Source: Oopsacas minuta (Eukaryota; Animalia; Porifera). Taken from it: a stretch of 31,836 nt of DNA. Shown here in pieces: positions 8,781-18,974 of this stretch. Within the stretch, counting starts at the first letter, position 1. Each line of letters opens with the position of its first letter. Below the pieces are notes generated by a model. That model was not told where the DNA came from. It did not search any database and worked only from the letters and a program-made list of their open reading frames with translations. The translations under genes were made by a program, and so were the position numbers. The stretch is from positions 1-31,836 of the forward strand of contig JAKMXF010000079.1 in assembly GCA_024704765.1 (NCBI GenBank), read 5' to 3'.

Positions 8781-9662
8781 TCACCTTGATGGTAAATTCA
8801 TCACTGCGCCAGATGGGCTAGGTAGTATGTTGTGGGTGGGTGCAACTGCCATTATTGCATTGGGCTGTTCGTTCCTTTGGGCATGTCCTATTGGATGTTG
8901 AGCAGCCGAAGTGTTTGCGCTCATTTTTGGCCGTTCTATCTCTGCCCACATTTGGCGCACAGGGAGATTGCTTTGCAAGCGGTTACCAGCTGTGGATATA
9001 TCTTGGCTTGTTCTGATTGCGGGGGCCTTGTTGGGTGCAACTTTGTAGAAATTAGATCTTTTTTCAGGGTGGTTTGCCAGTGGCCATCCTTTGATTTCCT
9101 GGTGGTTTGGATATCCCTGGGTGATTGTATTGAAGGTTTCCACAAAGTGTTTTCTGAGGGCGAGTGGTAGAGTCTTGGTGTATTCTTCAAGGGATTTAAA
9201 TCGTGGTGCTATCGTGAGCTTATCTGTATATTTTTTGTCTGTGGTTGTGAAAATTGTGGCTGTTGTGAGGCATTTCGCACAGGGGTATTGAGTTGGTACC
9301 ATTGGTTTCAGGTTTGGAATTTTCTTTGGTTTCGCAGCGATGGGTAGTCTATCTGAGGCTGCTGCTGCATAACTTTGGAGTTTGGGTCCCGTTTTCCGAT
9401 CTAAGGGTTGGAAGAGTTCACTGTTCCTGATTTCAGTTTGTAAAAGTGTAGTTAAGAAGCTTCTGGCCATAGTGTTGGCGTCCATGTGGAGGGCTTGCAT
9501 GATTGTTCGATATGTATGGGAAGGGAACTCTGGTAGATTTAGGAGTGGTAGGTAGTTTTTTGGAGTGTGTTTGTGTTGTCCAGTAGTACATTTAGGCCAT
9601 AGGCCGTTAGTTGTTCGTTGTATGTTTTTTTTGTTCTGCATTGTTTTTGGCTTTTGCAACAT
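8781..9662 (-). CDS. PLE-associated ORF1b, 293 aa, unknown function
   Basis: Long open frame co-oriented with RT and sharing its skew; SYAAAA and a single CAKC motif; no family recognised. Confidence 0.6.
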   Translation of the reverse strand: MLQKPKTMQNKKNIQRTTNGLWPKCTTGQHKHTPKNYLPLLNLPEFPSHTYRTIMQALHMDANTMARSFLTTLLQTEIRNSELFQPLDRKTGPKLQSYAAAASDRLPIAAKPKKIPNLKPMVPTQYPCAKCLTTATIFTTTDKKYTDKLTIAPRFKSLEEYTKTLPLALRKHFVETFNTITQGYPNHQEIKGWPLANHPEKRSNFYKVAPNKAPAIRTSQDISTAGNRLQSNLPVRQMWAEIERPKMSANTSAAQHPIGHAQRNEQPNAIMAVAPTHNILPSPSGAVMNLPSR

Positions 9663-9689
9663 ATTGGCTTTCGTATGGTATGTCTAGTT

Positions 9690-10406
9690 CTAGTTGTTCA
9701 AAGGTGGCTGCCGCAAGCAGCCGGATATAGAATGATTTAATAGAATGTGGTGCATTAGTGAATCAATCGCTTGGGAGATAGATAGTTTTTGGGGGAACGT
9801 CAGTTTGTTTGGCTGTGTATCTTCCAGGTAGAAGTACTCCTCGGAATTCAGGATGTTATAGAGTGCGCAGTTATGTGGGAGGTTAGCTAGGTAGCTTCCT
9901 TCGCCACTTGTGATGTTATATGGAGGAGTTGAGCTAGGCGTTGGTTCGTCATTTGTTGTTATAGTTTTGGGGTTTGTACGGGCAGTGGGCTGTTTGGGTG
10001 TAATTTCCACATTAGGTGATGATTTGTAGGTTGTGGAAGATAGGTTTGCTGTGTGTTGTGAAGGTGGTTGCACTTTAGTTGATGATGTTGTAGGTTTGTA
10101 TGGTTTGTCAGGGCTTTCGTGCTCAGCAATGCTGAGGTTTGATAGGTTTGGAAGGTCATCAAAGAATTTGGATAGCCTGGGCGGTCTGTTGATAGGGGAG
10201 CCTGAAGTACGGTTTACAGAAGCGCTGGGAGTTGGCGTAGCCAGCAGCGGTCTTCTGGAAGGTTTAGCTGGTGGGACATTGGTGAGCCTTGGAGATTCAG
10301 AGGTTGTAACTCCAGTGCTTGCAGCTCCACCAGCGGTCGGTTGTGAGGGCTTCGCCTTACTAACCGCCGGCCGTTGGGAAGTGCGGGCAGGACGATGAGT
10401 AGTCAT
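9690..10406 (-). CDS. PLE-associated ORF1a, 238 aa, S/T/P-rich N-terminus
   Basis: ATG about 105 nt downstream of TATAAATA; same frame as ORF1b, separated by TAG-AAC-TAG. Confidence 0.6.
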   Translation of the reverse strand: MTTHRPARTSQRPAVSKAKPSQPTAGGAASTGVTTSESPRLTNVPPAKPSRRPLLATPTPSASVNRTSGSPINRPPRLSKFFDDLPNLSNLSIAEHESPDKPYKPTTSSTKVQPPSQHTANLSSTTYKSSPNVEITPKQPTARTNPKTITTNDEPTPSSTPPYNITSGEGSYLANLPHNCALYNILNSEEYFYLEDTQPNKLTFPQKLSISQAIDSLMHHILLNHSISGCLRQPPLNN

Positions 10407-10511
10407 TGCTTTTGCACTATTAAAAGTCGATTATTTTTGCAAGGTAAATAAGTTAATTGTAATAGTTCAGGGTGCAAATTTACAGAAGTGGAAAAATATA
10501 AAACTTTCGTG

Positions 10512-10519
10512 TATTTATA
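10512..10519 (-). promoter_or_regulatory. Candidate TATA box for ORF1a
   Basis: TATAAATA on the minus strand upstream of the ATG at 10406. Confidence 0.4.
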
Positions 10520-10529
10520 CACTTTTCAA

Positions 10530-11340
10530 CTGTACTGTTGTATTAGTTTTCAGCTTTGGAATGTGCCTGTCATTATGTCCATAGATTGCCTATTGATGTG
10601 TGTCTGTATTGTGTCAGTATTGTGTTATGTGTGTCTGCATTATGTGTGTTCTGGTGAGTAGTGGTGTGCTGCAATGTATTGCTATTGCAACGTATTGCTG
10701 TGTTGCAAAGTATTACTGTTTTGCAATGTAGTGCTGTTGCAGGATACATTGCAAAATGTTGTAGTGGAAATGTTATAGGTGAGATGTTATAGTAGGATAG
10801 TTGTAGGATATTGTTTATGTACTGTGTTATATTGCTGTTGTTGTAAGATTTATGTTGCAAATGTTGTTGTAGAAGTTATGCAAATGTTGTTGCTGTGTTG
10901 AAATGTATTGCTTATGTGTTGTAGTTTGCAAATGTTGTTGTGGAAAGTATTCTGTATTGCTATATATCTTTGCATTGTAAATGATGTTGTAGAAATAGTC
11001 CTGTGTTATAATGAATTGTTGTTGTATTGCTGTTATTTTGAGATTAATGTTGCAAGTGTTGTTGGAGTATTGTTGTAGAGTACTTTATTGTTTGTTGCTG
11101 GAGTGTAGGGCTGATGCTTGAATGTTGTGTAGTTGTTATGTGATTTGTTTGTGTTGTAGATGCTATATTTGTTTTGAAAAGAATGTTATATTATTTGTAC
11201 TCCTTGTAGGGGCTTTGGGAAAGTATATTGAGAGCTCTGAGGTGGTGTTTGCAAGCTGGTGTTCTCAAGCTCATTCGTTCAGAAGGGTAGATGTAGAGGA
11301 TATTTGTGTGAATATGTAGAAAGGTATATTAGTAGTATGA
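10530..11340. repeat. G/T-rich low-complexity tract with degenerate TGCAAATGTTGTTG repeats
   Basis: Motif recurs near 10750, 10857, 10880 and 10927 with further variants; C is only 3/60 in line 10861. Confidence 0.7.
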
Positions 11341-11420
11341 TCTTATGTTAATGGATAATAAAGTTTGCAAATTGGGGACCTGTTAGTTTTGCTGTATTAA
11401 TTTAAGCTAACTGTCTAAAA

Positions 11421-13745
11421 CGGGCTTGTCCAACCTTTTTTGTTCGCGGGCCAAATGAGGGCTTCTTTATCTACTTGAGGGCCGCACGACATTGGATATA
11501 TCAAGGTAGCATGATGTTATTTATTTGGGGATGGCGTTAATACGGATTATTTCAGAATTGAAAAATCACTACATGTATTATTTAATTATAGTAAACTTTA
11601 ATGATAAAGAACATATCTAATGGGATATCTGACTTTGTTTTTGTTTACACAAAGAGTCAATATCTGCTCGTACACTTGATGTCGCAATCCGTAATATTCC
11701 TGATAGATGAGTGTCTGTCAGGAGTGATCTAGACTTGCTTTTAACATTTTTCATCATTGAGAAAAGCTGTTCACAGCAATACGTGCTGCCAAATAAGGAA
11801 AGGAACCTAAGGGCGTGTTGCGATAAATTAGGAAATAGATCCGATGTAACATATTGACCATAAAATGTCAGAAGGTCATGCTCTGCAAAAGCTCTCTTTC
11901 TCTCCGAGTTATTTTGTATTTCAATTAGTTCCAGTTGGAACATTTCAGGAGCATTAGTGGCATCAGTTCCAAACGGATCTGCAAACAACTCCATTTCATC
12001 GAATTTGTCACTAAAATCAGAAATCTTAGTTTAAATTCATCGATTATGCTGTTGATCAGTGCAGAATACTTGTCATGATTCACTGTCTCACTTTTTCTTG
12101 AAGATAATGTTGAGAAATGTACCACCTTTTTCAAAATAAATTGTTGGTGGAATAATTGTAATTTGTTGATGAACGCTTTGACATGCTCATACAGGTTGTT
12201 AACGAATTGTTTTCTTCCTTGTAGTTTCAGATTTAAATCTGCGAGATACTTAGTTATGTCAACTAGAAATGCGAGATCATTCAACCACTGATCATCATCC
12301 AGAAAGCTCACATCCTTTCCCTTAATGGTCATGAATGTTTTTATTTCTTCAAGTAGTGACCAGTATCTGGCTAGAGTGGACGCTCTGCTGAGCCAGCGAA
12401 CTTGGCTAAAGTAAATAACATCGTTATAGTCTGATTCTATCTCTGCAAGAAACGCTTGGAATTGTCTGTGATTGAGTCCCTTCGACCTTATGAAATTGAC
12501 TGTATTGACGACATTTTCCATCACATGTTTCAGATCTAAGGTTTTTGCACAAAGTTGTTCTTGATGAATAATGCAGTGGTATGCCATAACAGGAGAGGTC
12601 ATTGATTTGAGCATAAGGCTAACAAAGCCTTTATGCTTTCCTGTCATCGTAGGGGCTCCATCGGTTGTTAAACCACTTAGTTTTTCATCTGCAAGTTTGA
12701 ATTTCGTAAACACATGTTTTACTACATTGAAAATATCTTGCCCAGTAGTTGTGCCTTTCATTGGACATAAGTCAAGCAGTTCTTCGATTATTTCGAAATT
12801 TTCTGTGACACCAAGTACAAAGATTGCCAGTTGAGCTGTGTCGCTAACATCGGTACTTTCATCAAGGGCCAAGCTGTAAAATTTGCAAGCATTGAGTCGT
12901 TTAATTAGTGAAATTTCAATGTTGGATGATAAATCATCTTCTCTTCTAGCAACAGTTTGATGTGACAGACTGATGCTCTCTACTATCGACTTCTTATTTG
13001 GGCATGCCACAGATGTAAATATGTCTAAGCAGTCTTTTACAAATTCCCCTTCAGACAATGGTTTTCCACTCTTGGCTATCGCTTCTGTTATCAGAAAGCT
13101 GATCTTTGTTGCTGTCTCAGAACTTAATTTAACGGCTTTGAAGAAAGATTGTTGACTGTTGATGCTATCCTTCAACAGGTTCACCCGATCGATTCTCACC
13201 TGACCTGTAAGCGTGTCAAATGTATCTGCATGTTTAGTAGAGTAATGTCGTTTGATATTATACTCTTTGAATACAGCTATCTTCTCCTGACATATCAAGC
13301 ACAATAAGTATTCGTTGTGTTCTACGACGAAAAAATCTAATGTCCATGAGGATTTGAAAACTCGACATTCACTATCAATTTTCCTTTTCTTTGCTTTAAT
13401 CACGGGAGTTGACATATTTGTTTTGTAGTTATTTTAATATTGTTTAAGATGGTTTATTATTTGGAATTTATATGAGCTGTTCGAGTTGAGAGAAACCCAG
13501 TTATGTGACAGATGATTACTCAATCAAAACTAAATTACAAAGTTATTTAAGGATTTTTAAGTTATTGAAATCACACTTTTCTGAAATTGGTTTCATTCAA
13601 TTTGGTTTTGCAATATTGGGTTTCTCTTAATTGAGTTCGCTCAAATAGGTTTCACTCAATTAAATATCGCCACCAACTGGTAACAGTTCCCGAGCATGTT
13701 GGCGGGCCGGATTGTGGCCCGCGGGTCGTAGGTTGGACAAGCCTG
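11421..13745 (-). mobile_element. hAT transposon, Buster/SPIN (GTF2IRD2-like) type, 2325 bp
   Basis: 16-bp TIRs CGGGCTTGTCCAACCT / AGGTTGGACAAGCCTG (1 mismatch) around a transposase; both flanks fit nnnTAnnn but differ (GTCTAAAA vs CTGTATCC). Confidence 0.93.
11617..13415 (-). CDS. hAT transposase of about 600 aa split by one frameshift
   Basis: CLIC...RHYSTKH zinc finger, LALDESTD, TTDGAP, HCIIHQEQLC, VRWLSR, CEQLFS; one extra base at the AAA run 12021-12023 restores RFSDFSDKFDEMELFADPF. Confidence 0.92.
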
Positions 13746-13864
13746 CTGTATCCACTGCTACTGGTATCCACTGAAACCTGTATCCACTGCTACCGATATC
13801 CACTGCTACCTGTATCCACTGCTACTGGTATCCACTGCTACCTGTATCCACTGCTACCTGTATC
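13746..13864. repeat. 16-bp minisatellite, about 7.5 units (CCTGTATCCACTGCTA)
   Basis: Seven full units plus a partial one, with alternating CCTG/CTGG/CCGA variants. Confidence 0.95.
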
Positions 13865-14010
13865 TAAATGTCAGGTGCACAACTAGAGGTGACTACGAGT
13901 ACACATGCCAAATTTGGTGACTTATCTTATAAAGGTGTCAACATTAGAGCGCAAACATATACATATATACTATATACACAACTATTTTAGAACCGCCGTT
14001 GTATTCTCCT
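13865..14010 (+). mobile_element. Possible DINE-1/HINE-like (Helentron-derived) element end
   Basis: Minisatellite followed by CATGCCAAATTTGGTGAC...GCGCAAACATATACATA, resembling the core-plus-microsatellite layout of such elements. Inference only. Confidence 0.35.
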
Positions 14011-14183
14011 GCATTATATACATAAGAGATCTGGCGCTTATTTAAGGAAACACTCTGTGTAACTTTAAAGATATTTATCCAAATTGATTAATTAATGTAT
14101 AACTAATACAATGGTGAGTGATAAGTCTACAAACATACCTGAGGGTTTACATTTGGTTAGGAGGATGGTCATCAAACAAATTA

Positions 14184-14549
14184 CTAAATACAACCCGGAC
14201 GCCATGAAGAGATGTACCTTTCTCTTACTTCTTCCATCTCTATTCCAATATTTTCAATCTGGCGTTCTTTTTCAGCTAATTGGTTCTCAAGCATTTCAAT
14301 TTTTTGTTGGTGTAATACATTCTGAGAGTTAGTGAAGCGTAGTTTCCTCTCTAGGTTGGACATTTTTCGATTCACATTCTATATTCTTCTTCTCAAACTC
14401 AAGAGTTTTCTGTGTTAGATCAAAATTTTTCGATTCCAATATTTCGATCCTGGCTTCGATTTGCTCAAATGTGGTCCCGAATTTTTTTCCCACCAATTCG
14501 GCAATTGTGTCTGATAAATCCTTGATGGAAGATTGCGGAGGCTTGAATC
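14184..14549 (-). pseudogene. Frameshifted coiled-coil coding segment (about 120 aa)
   Basis: FEQIEARIEILESKNFDLTQKTLEFEKKN shifts into MSNLERKLRF...QKIEMLENQLAEKERQIE; acceptor-like TTTTGTACTTTAG immediately upstream. Confidence 0.4.
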
Positions 14550-15299
14550 CTAAAGTACAAAATCACCATATCTTCAGAGTAAAAGGATTGTATACACGAA
14601 ACTATGGCATGAACCTTTTCTGGAAAAGGGATTGTGCAAACGAGTCGGGCATTATTTAATGGTTATATATTTCAGCAATGGATTGACGACAAGTGCTTGA
14701 ATTCATAAAAGCAAATTTTCTTTGAATGTGCCAAACTATTTGCTTAATAGCCAATTATTTGGAGAAATGGATCGCACATTGAGGCTTCTAAAAAGTTGCA
14801 ACTGTATCTGCGATTCTAATGCTGAAAGACTTAATGTTTCAAAGGAATTTTATACAAAAATATATATATAGTGGTAAAGTTGGCACGTTCCTGAGTCACA
14901 GTAGTGAGTATGGAAATTATATATTAGCCAAAACCTTAAAAACCTGACAACATTATATGATTATTGACAAATGATTCATGCAATTGTGCTTTATACCCCG
15001 AGTGTCAATGCCTTTGTAATTCATCAAAAATCAGATACCTGTTGATAATGAGTCAATCTGAATTTTAACAAAGTCTAAAGTGAAGTTAATCTGTTTCTGA
15101 TATATATAAACCATCCAGTAAAAGATAACACTTTCTACCTATTCTTAGTCGAGAAAAGTCTTTTGGTGCCAATGGCTTAGAGTATTATAAATTTGGATTC
15201 AATGCTTCGAAAATTTCGCGAAAGAAATTATGAAGAACGTATAACAGTGCAAAGTCGATTATTAGAACCATTTGTTATCCTAAAGGTTCTGTTCGGTTC

Positions 15300-15700
15300 A
15301 AACGAGTAGGGATAATTGAGTTTCAATCCAATCCAAAATCTATATAGTATTTCTATGGCAGATTTTGGATAGCCATTGGGTGAGTTATGACAACCTGGGA
15401 AATATATAAGTTCATATTGTATTGACTTATCCATGTAGGGTGTTTCCATCTAATGTCGAGTTGCAGATTCAAAAGTAAGATATTGTTGGAAAATTTGATA
15501 GGAAATACACAGGGGGTTATTCGCTTTCAGTAGGGAAAATTTACATATTTAAATCTTGTCAATGTATAGATTGAGAATGATTAGAAATATGTAGGTGTGT
15601 CCAAATCTACCATTGCTTTTTATCTAAATCAATTACATGAGTGTTGTACTATCTCAAAGTCTCACCAAATTATGTTAATATCCTGCCTTTGTAAATCATA
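15300..15700 (-). pseudogene. Decayed PLE RT thumb-region relic
   Basis: Broken motifs SIY, VNFPY/LKANNP and NGYPKSAIE in the order expected for a PLE. Confidence 0.4.
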
Positions 15701-16059
15701 TTTTTGTTGACCTAACATAGATTCCTATGAATATAATTTCAACCTTCAAAATACTATCAAACTTATACTGGGTAGTTCTAATGTTACTTTTTACAACTCA
15801 AGCCCAATTTATGTGAATTTTCATTAACTTTCTCTACCTAAACTTTGTGATGATACAGCAAAATTATAGGTTATAGAATATGAATAATGCAAAAGTATTT
15901 TGGTGTGAACAAAGGTTTCTCGCAATTTCCCACACTATACAGGATATTACTCTCATGACAGACTATCTAATATTGCTATTCTATAAATATTTATTCAGTG
16001 AAACTAAAAAAATACCAGCATTCCATTCTGTACCTTTGATTACTATGGTATGTAAAGCT

Positions 16060-16790
16060 AAATGTGACTACGTTGATGCGATGTTTAACTCAACCATTAT
16101 TCACGAGTCCACATCCATTCTCGAAGCCAGTTGCTCGTCAATTTGTATATTCAAGAAATTCATTAGAGTAGTCACACTTTCAATTAGCTCTTTTGGAGAT
16201 AGCAATGCGATTGGCTGGCTAGGGAATCCAGAAATTGGGTATTGATTAGGTAGATAAAATTTCCCTGACAATCTTTCAATTCAAGAAGAGAAACCATAAA
16301 CAAAAGAAAATGTGAACGATCACGAGTTGTTTGAGATCTAAGATTAGACACACTGTGACTTCCCGACCCATCTACACCATGTTTAACTATAAAGTTGAGC
16401 GGGTACATTAGGGGTTCTTCAATAGATTGTAAAGAGTGTGATGATACATCTCAAGAGATTTATGTGGTCAATGTAGTTGACTATTACTCCAATTGGATTT
16501 GAGACTGATGGGTATAATTGGAATGGAGTTTTAGTACTTGTAATATAGTCCTGATGTTTAAGAACTATTTGTTCAAGATTATATTCGACTGATCGTGGTG
16601 CATTGTTTATCTAAGCCGAGTACACGTCAAATGGTGGTTCTTCATATCTTAGGAGAACGTTGATAATTGTGGGTCGATTTCAAGTTTTTCTCCAATTATT
16701 CTACTTGCCAAATTGACATCTACTTTAGCATTTCGATTGCCCTCTTTAGTATCCAGAAATATTTCACTTACTTTATGAAGTGTAAGGTAA
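16060..16790 (-). pseudogene. Decayed Transib/RAG1-like transposase fragment
   Basis: YPLNFIVKHGVDGSGSHS parallels YPLKVRVSDGLDGSGCHR at 24.3 kb; followed by LLELKD and SPKELIE; many stops. Confidence 0.6.
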
Positions 16791-16804
16791 ATTTTACAGT
16801 TTTA

Positions 16805-18136
16805 CAGGGTGTTTCACAATTGATTCGTATTTTCTAAATTTGTTTATTATGCACCCATGCAATAATATCTGTGTATTTAAACTTGCAATCGTAATTAATC
16901 TTACAGGTTCTATTGAGTAATTATTTCATTCATCAATCGAAACATTTTATAGCTTCTATTTCCTATCCAAATTGGGCTAATTATTTGCATAATATAATGG
17001 TGAAAGAATACAGTATCATGATTCGCTCACAGGCTGTTGCATGCTACAAGCTGGCTCATATCAGAAGTTTGTGTCTCTTGAACTTGGAGTTAATATCCGT
17101 ACAGTTCAGCGTTGGTGGCGACTTTTCAAGAATGATTTGACATTAGAAAACAAATGGGGACGTGGCCGTAAATCGTCCATATCGAAAGTTGCCAAGATTG
17201 TAATTACTAAATCAATTGGCAAAAAACGACAGTCTGTACGTGGTCTATCCAAGAAATTAAAGTTGAAAGGTCATTCCGTATCTCAGAGTACAGTGTACCG
17301 TTATTTGACAAAAGAAAAAGGCGTAAAATCTTACAAACACCAGCGGCAGCCGTTAATAACAGAGAAAAACATGTCTTCTAGGTTAGAATTTTGTAAAGAA
17401 CGTGTCAATTGGACAGCAAATGATTGGAAAAACATATTGTTTACAGATGAATCACCGTTTGAGTTAAATCATCCCCCAAACAGGAAAAATTATTGTGTTT
17501 GGGCGAGAAACGCATTGGAAGTCGAGTCCGTTCAGATGGTGAAATTTCCAAAGAAAATTCAAGTATGGGGTATGATGTCACATCGTGCACTGTCGGAGTT
17601 ACATTTCATTCCCGTTGGACAAACTGTATCTGCAGAGTACTATGTTAGTGAGATACTGGGTAAAACTTTAATGTCTACAATGAACAGAAAGCGAGAAAGA
17701 GGCACAGTTGTTGAGAGGAAAATGTTAAAAAATATGTCCCGTGCGATATTTCAACAAGATGGCGCTCCAGCTCACACGGCAAACATGACACAAAATTGGT
17801 TGAGAAGTAACCTAAAGAGTTTTTGGGCGAAAGGTACCTGGCCAGCCAACTCTCCAGACTTGAGTCCCATTGAGAACATATGGTCCATTTTGAAAGATGA
17901 TCTAGATTCTATAGGTGAGTTTAAAGACATAAAAATGTTGGAAAATCGACTGAAAACAGCATGGTCCAATATTTCACCAGAGGTTTTGGACAAATTGATG
18001 GATGGAATGCCAAAACGAATCCATAAGTGTATTGAACTTAGTGGAGGATATATTGGCAAATAATTGTAGTAATATATCTAGTATTCTATTAGTTATGTAA
18101 TATTGTATAACACGACATCAATTGTGAGACACCCTG
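16805..18136 (+). mobile_element. Tc1/mariner transposon, 1332 bp
   Basis: 20-bp TIRs CAGGGTGT(T/C)TCACAATTGAT with 1 mismatch; TA on both flanks (16803-04, 18137-38). Confidence 0.97.
16997..18063 (+). CDS. DD37E Tc1-like transposase
   Basis: HTH N-terminus, LFTDES, FQQDGAPAH, WPANSPDLSPIENIW with 37 residues between the second D and E. The likely start is ATG 16997 with a 1-nt loss near 17048-17050; the track ORF starts at 17041. Confidence 0.92.
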
Positions 18137-18974
18137 TATATCACTAAAATTTCTGTGAAATAATTTGATATACACTAACATAGGGTTATATATATATATA
18201 TTTATTTTGTAGTTGACCTAATATAACACATTCCATACAACATATCCGAATCACAATATTATGCTTCATACAAGATTGGGATAAGATTTTTCAATAACTA
18301 AATGCGTTGCCTAGTAACTGGTATTCGTTATAGAAACATGATATTATTTTGAACACCCTATATATTCATGGATTATACAAAACGAAAAATATTGAATATT
18401 TTTGGAAATTGAATATAATGTCATAATTTTCAAATGCAAAGTCATTCACAAAATCTGACAGGCAAAAAAGAATTGTCTTTACTTAGAATCCCAGTAGCTA
18501 AAATTCAGCGGAAAATAATAACAATTGTTGAAGGTATAGCCTACTGAAATATTCACACAAAATAACGCACTGTGGAAGTCTAATTGGTATTTGAAAGGAT
18601 TTGCTTTGATTTGATTTGGATTTGAGTGCTACATACAAAATAATGCGATATGGCTCTTACAGGTTCTTGAATTAATTCTGGTGCGACAATAGTAGGATCA
18701 TCAATTACAATAATCCACAATCAAAAGTGTGTGAGTATATGCGTACATAAATATATATATTATACGTATACAATGTTAAAGCACAAAAGCATTCGATCAC
18801 TAACAGCATCTATACTAAGTACGTACATCAAACTAAATCTAATCACTCTGGTGTATAAATATCAATTGGTAATAAAGCAGAGAACAAGCGTGAAGAAGAT
18901 TCATTTATGTAGATTGACGGATATCGAAGTATCAGAACATCTCAGTTACAAGGGTGAATAATAATATAACAAAA

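Larger units (their letters stand above)
6650..11345 (-). mobile_element. Long multi-ORF Penelope-like retroelement (PLE)
   Basis: Co-oriented ORF1a, ORF1b and RT-EN plus a 5' low-complexity tract share one strong compositional skew (plus strand 44/60 and 47/60 G+T in two counted lines). Boundaries are approximate; no TSD or pLTR identified. Confidence 0.8.

Noticed and set aside
8781-8800. Programmed -1 frameshift at GAATTTA upstream of the hairpin
   Set aside because: The RT frame is +1 to ORF1b; the -1 frame hits a stop within about 25 codons and the heptamer is imperfect.
9680-9692. Reassigned TAG/TAA genetic code
   Set aside because: The Tc1, hAT and PLE ORFs end at TAA/TAG where their families are expected to end.
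8832-10398. Plus-strand ORFs (8832-9170, 9091-9291, 10033-10398) and similar short track ORFs inside TEs
   Set aside because: Antisense shadows of longer motif-bearing frames, favoured by the G/T skew; no recognisable motifs.
13746-13864. CRISPR-like array
   Set aside because: Units are contiguous with no unique spacers, there are no cas genes, and the context is eukaryotic.
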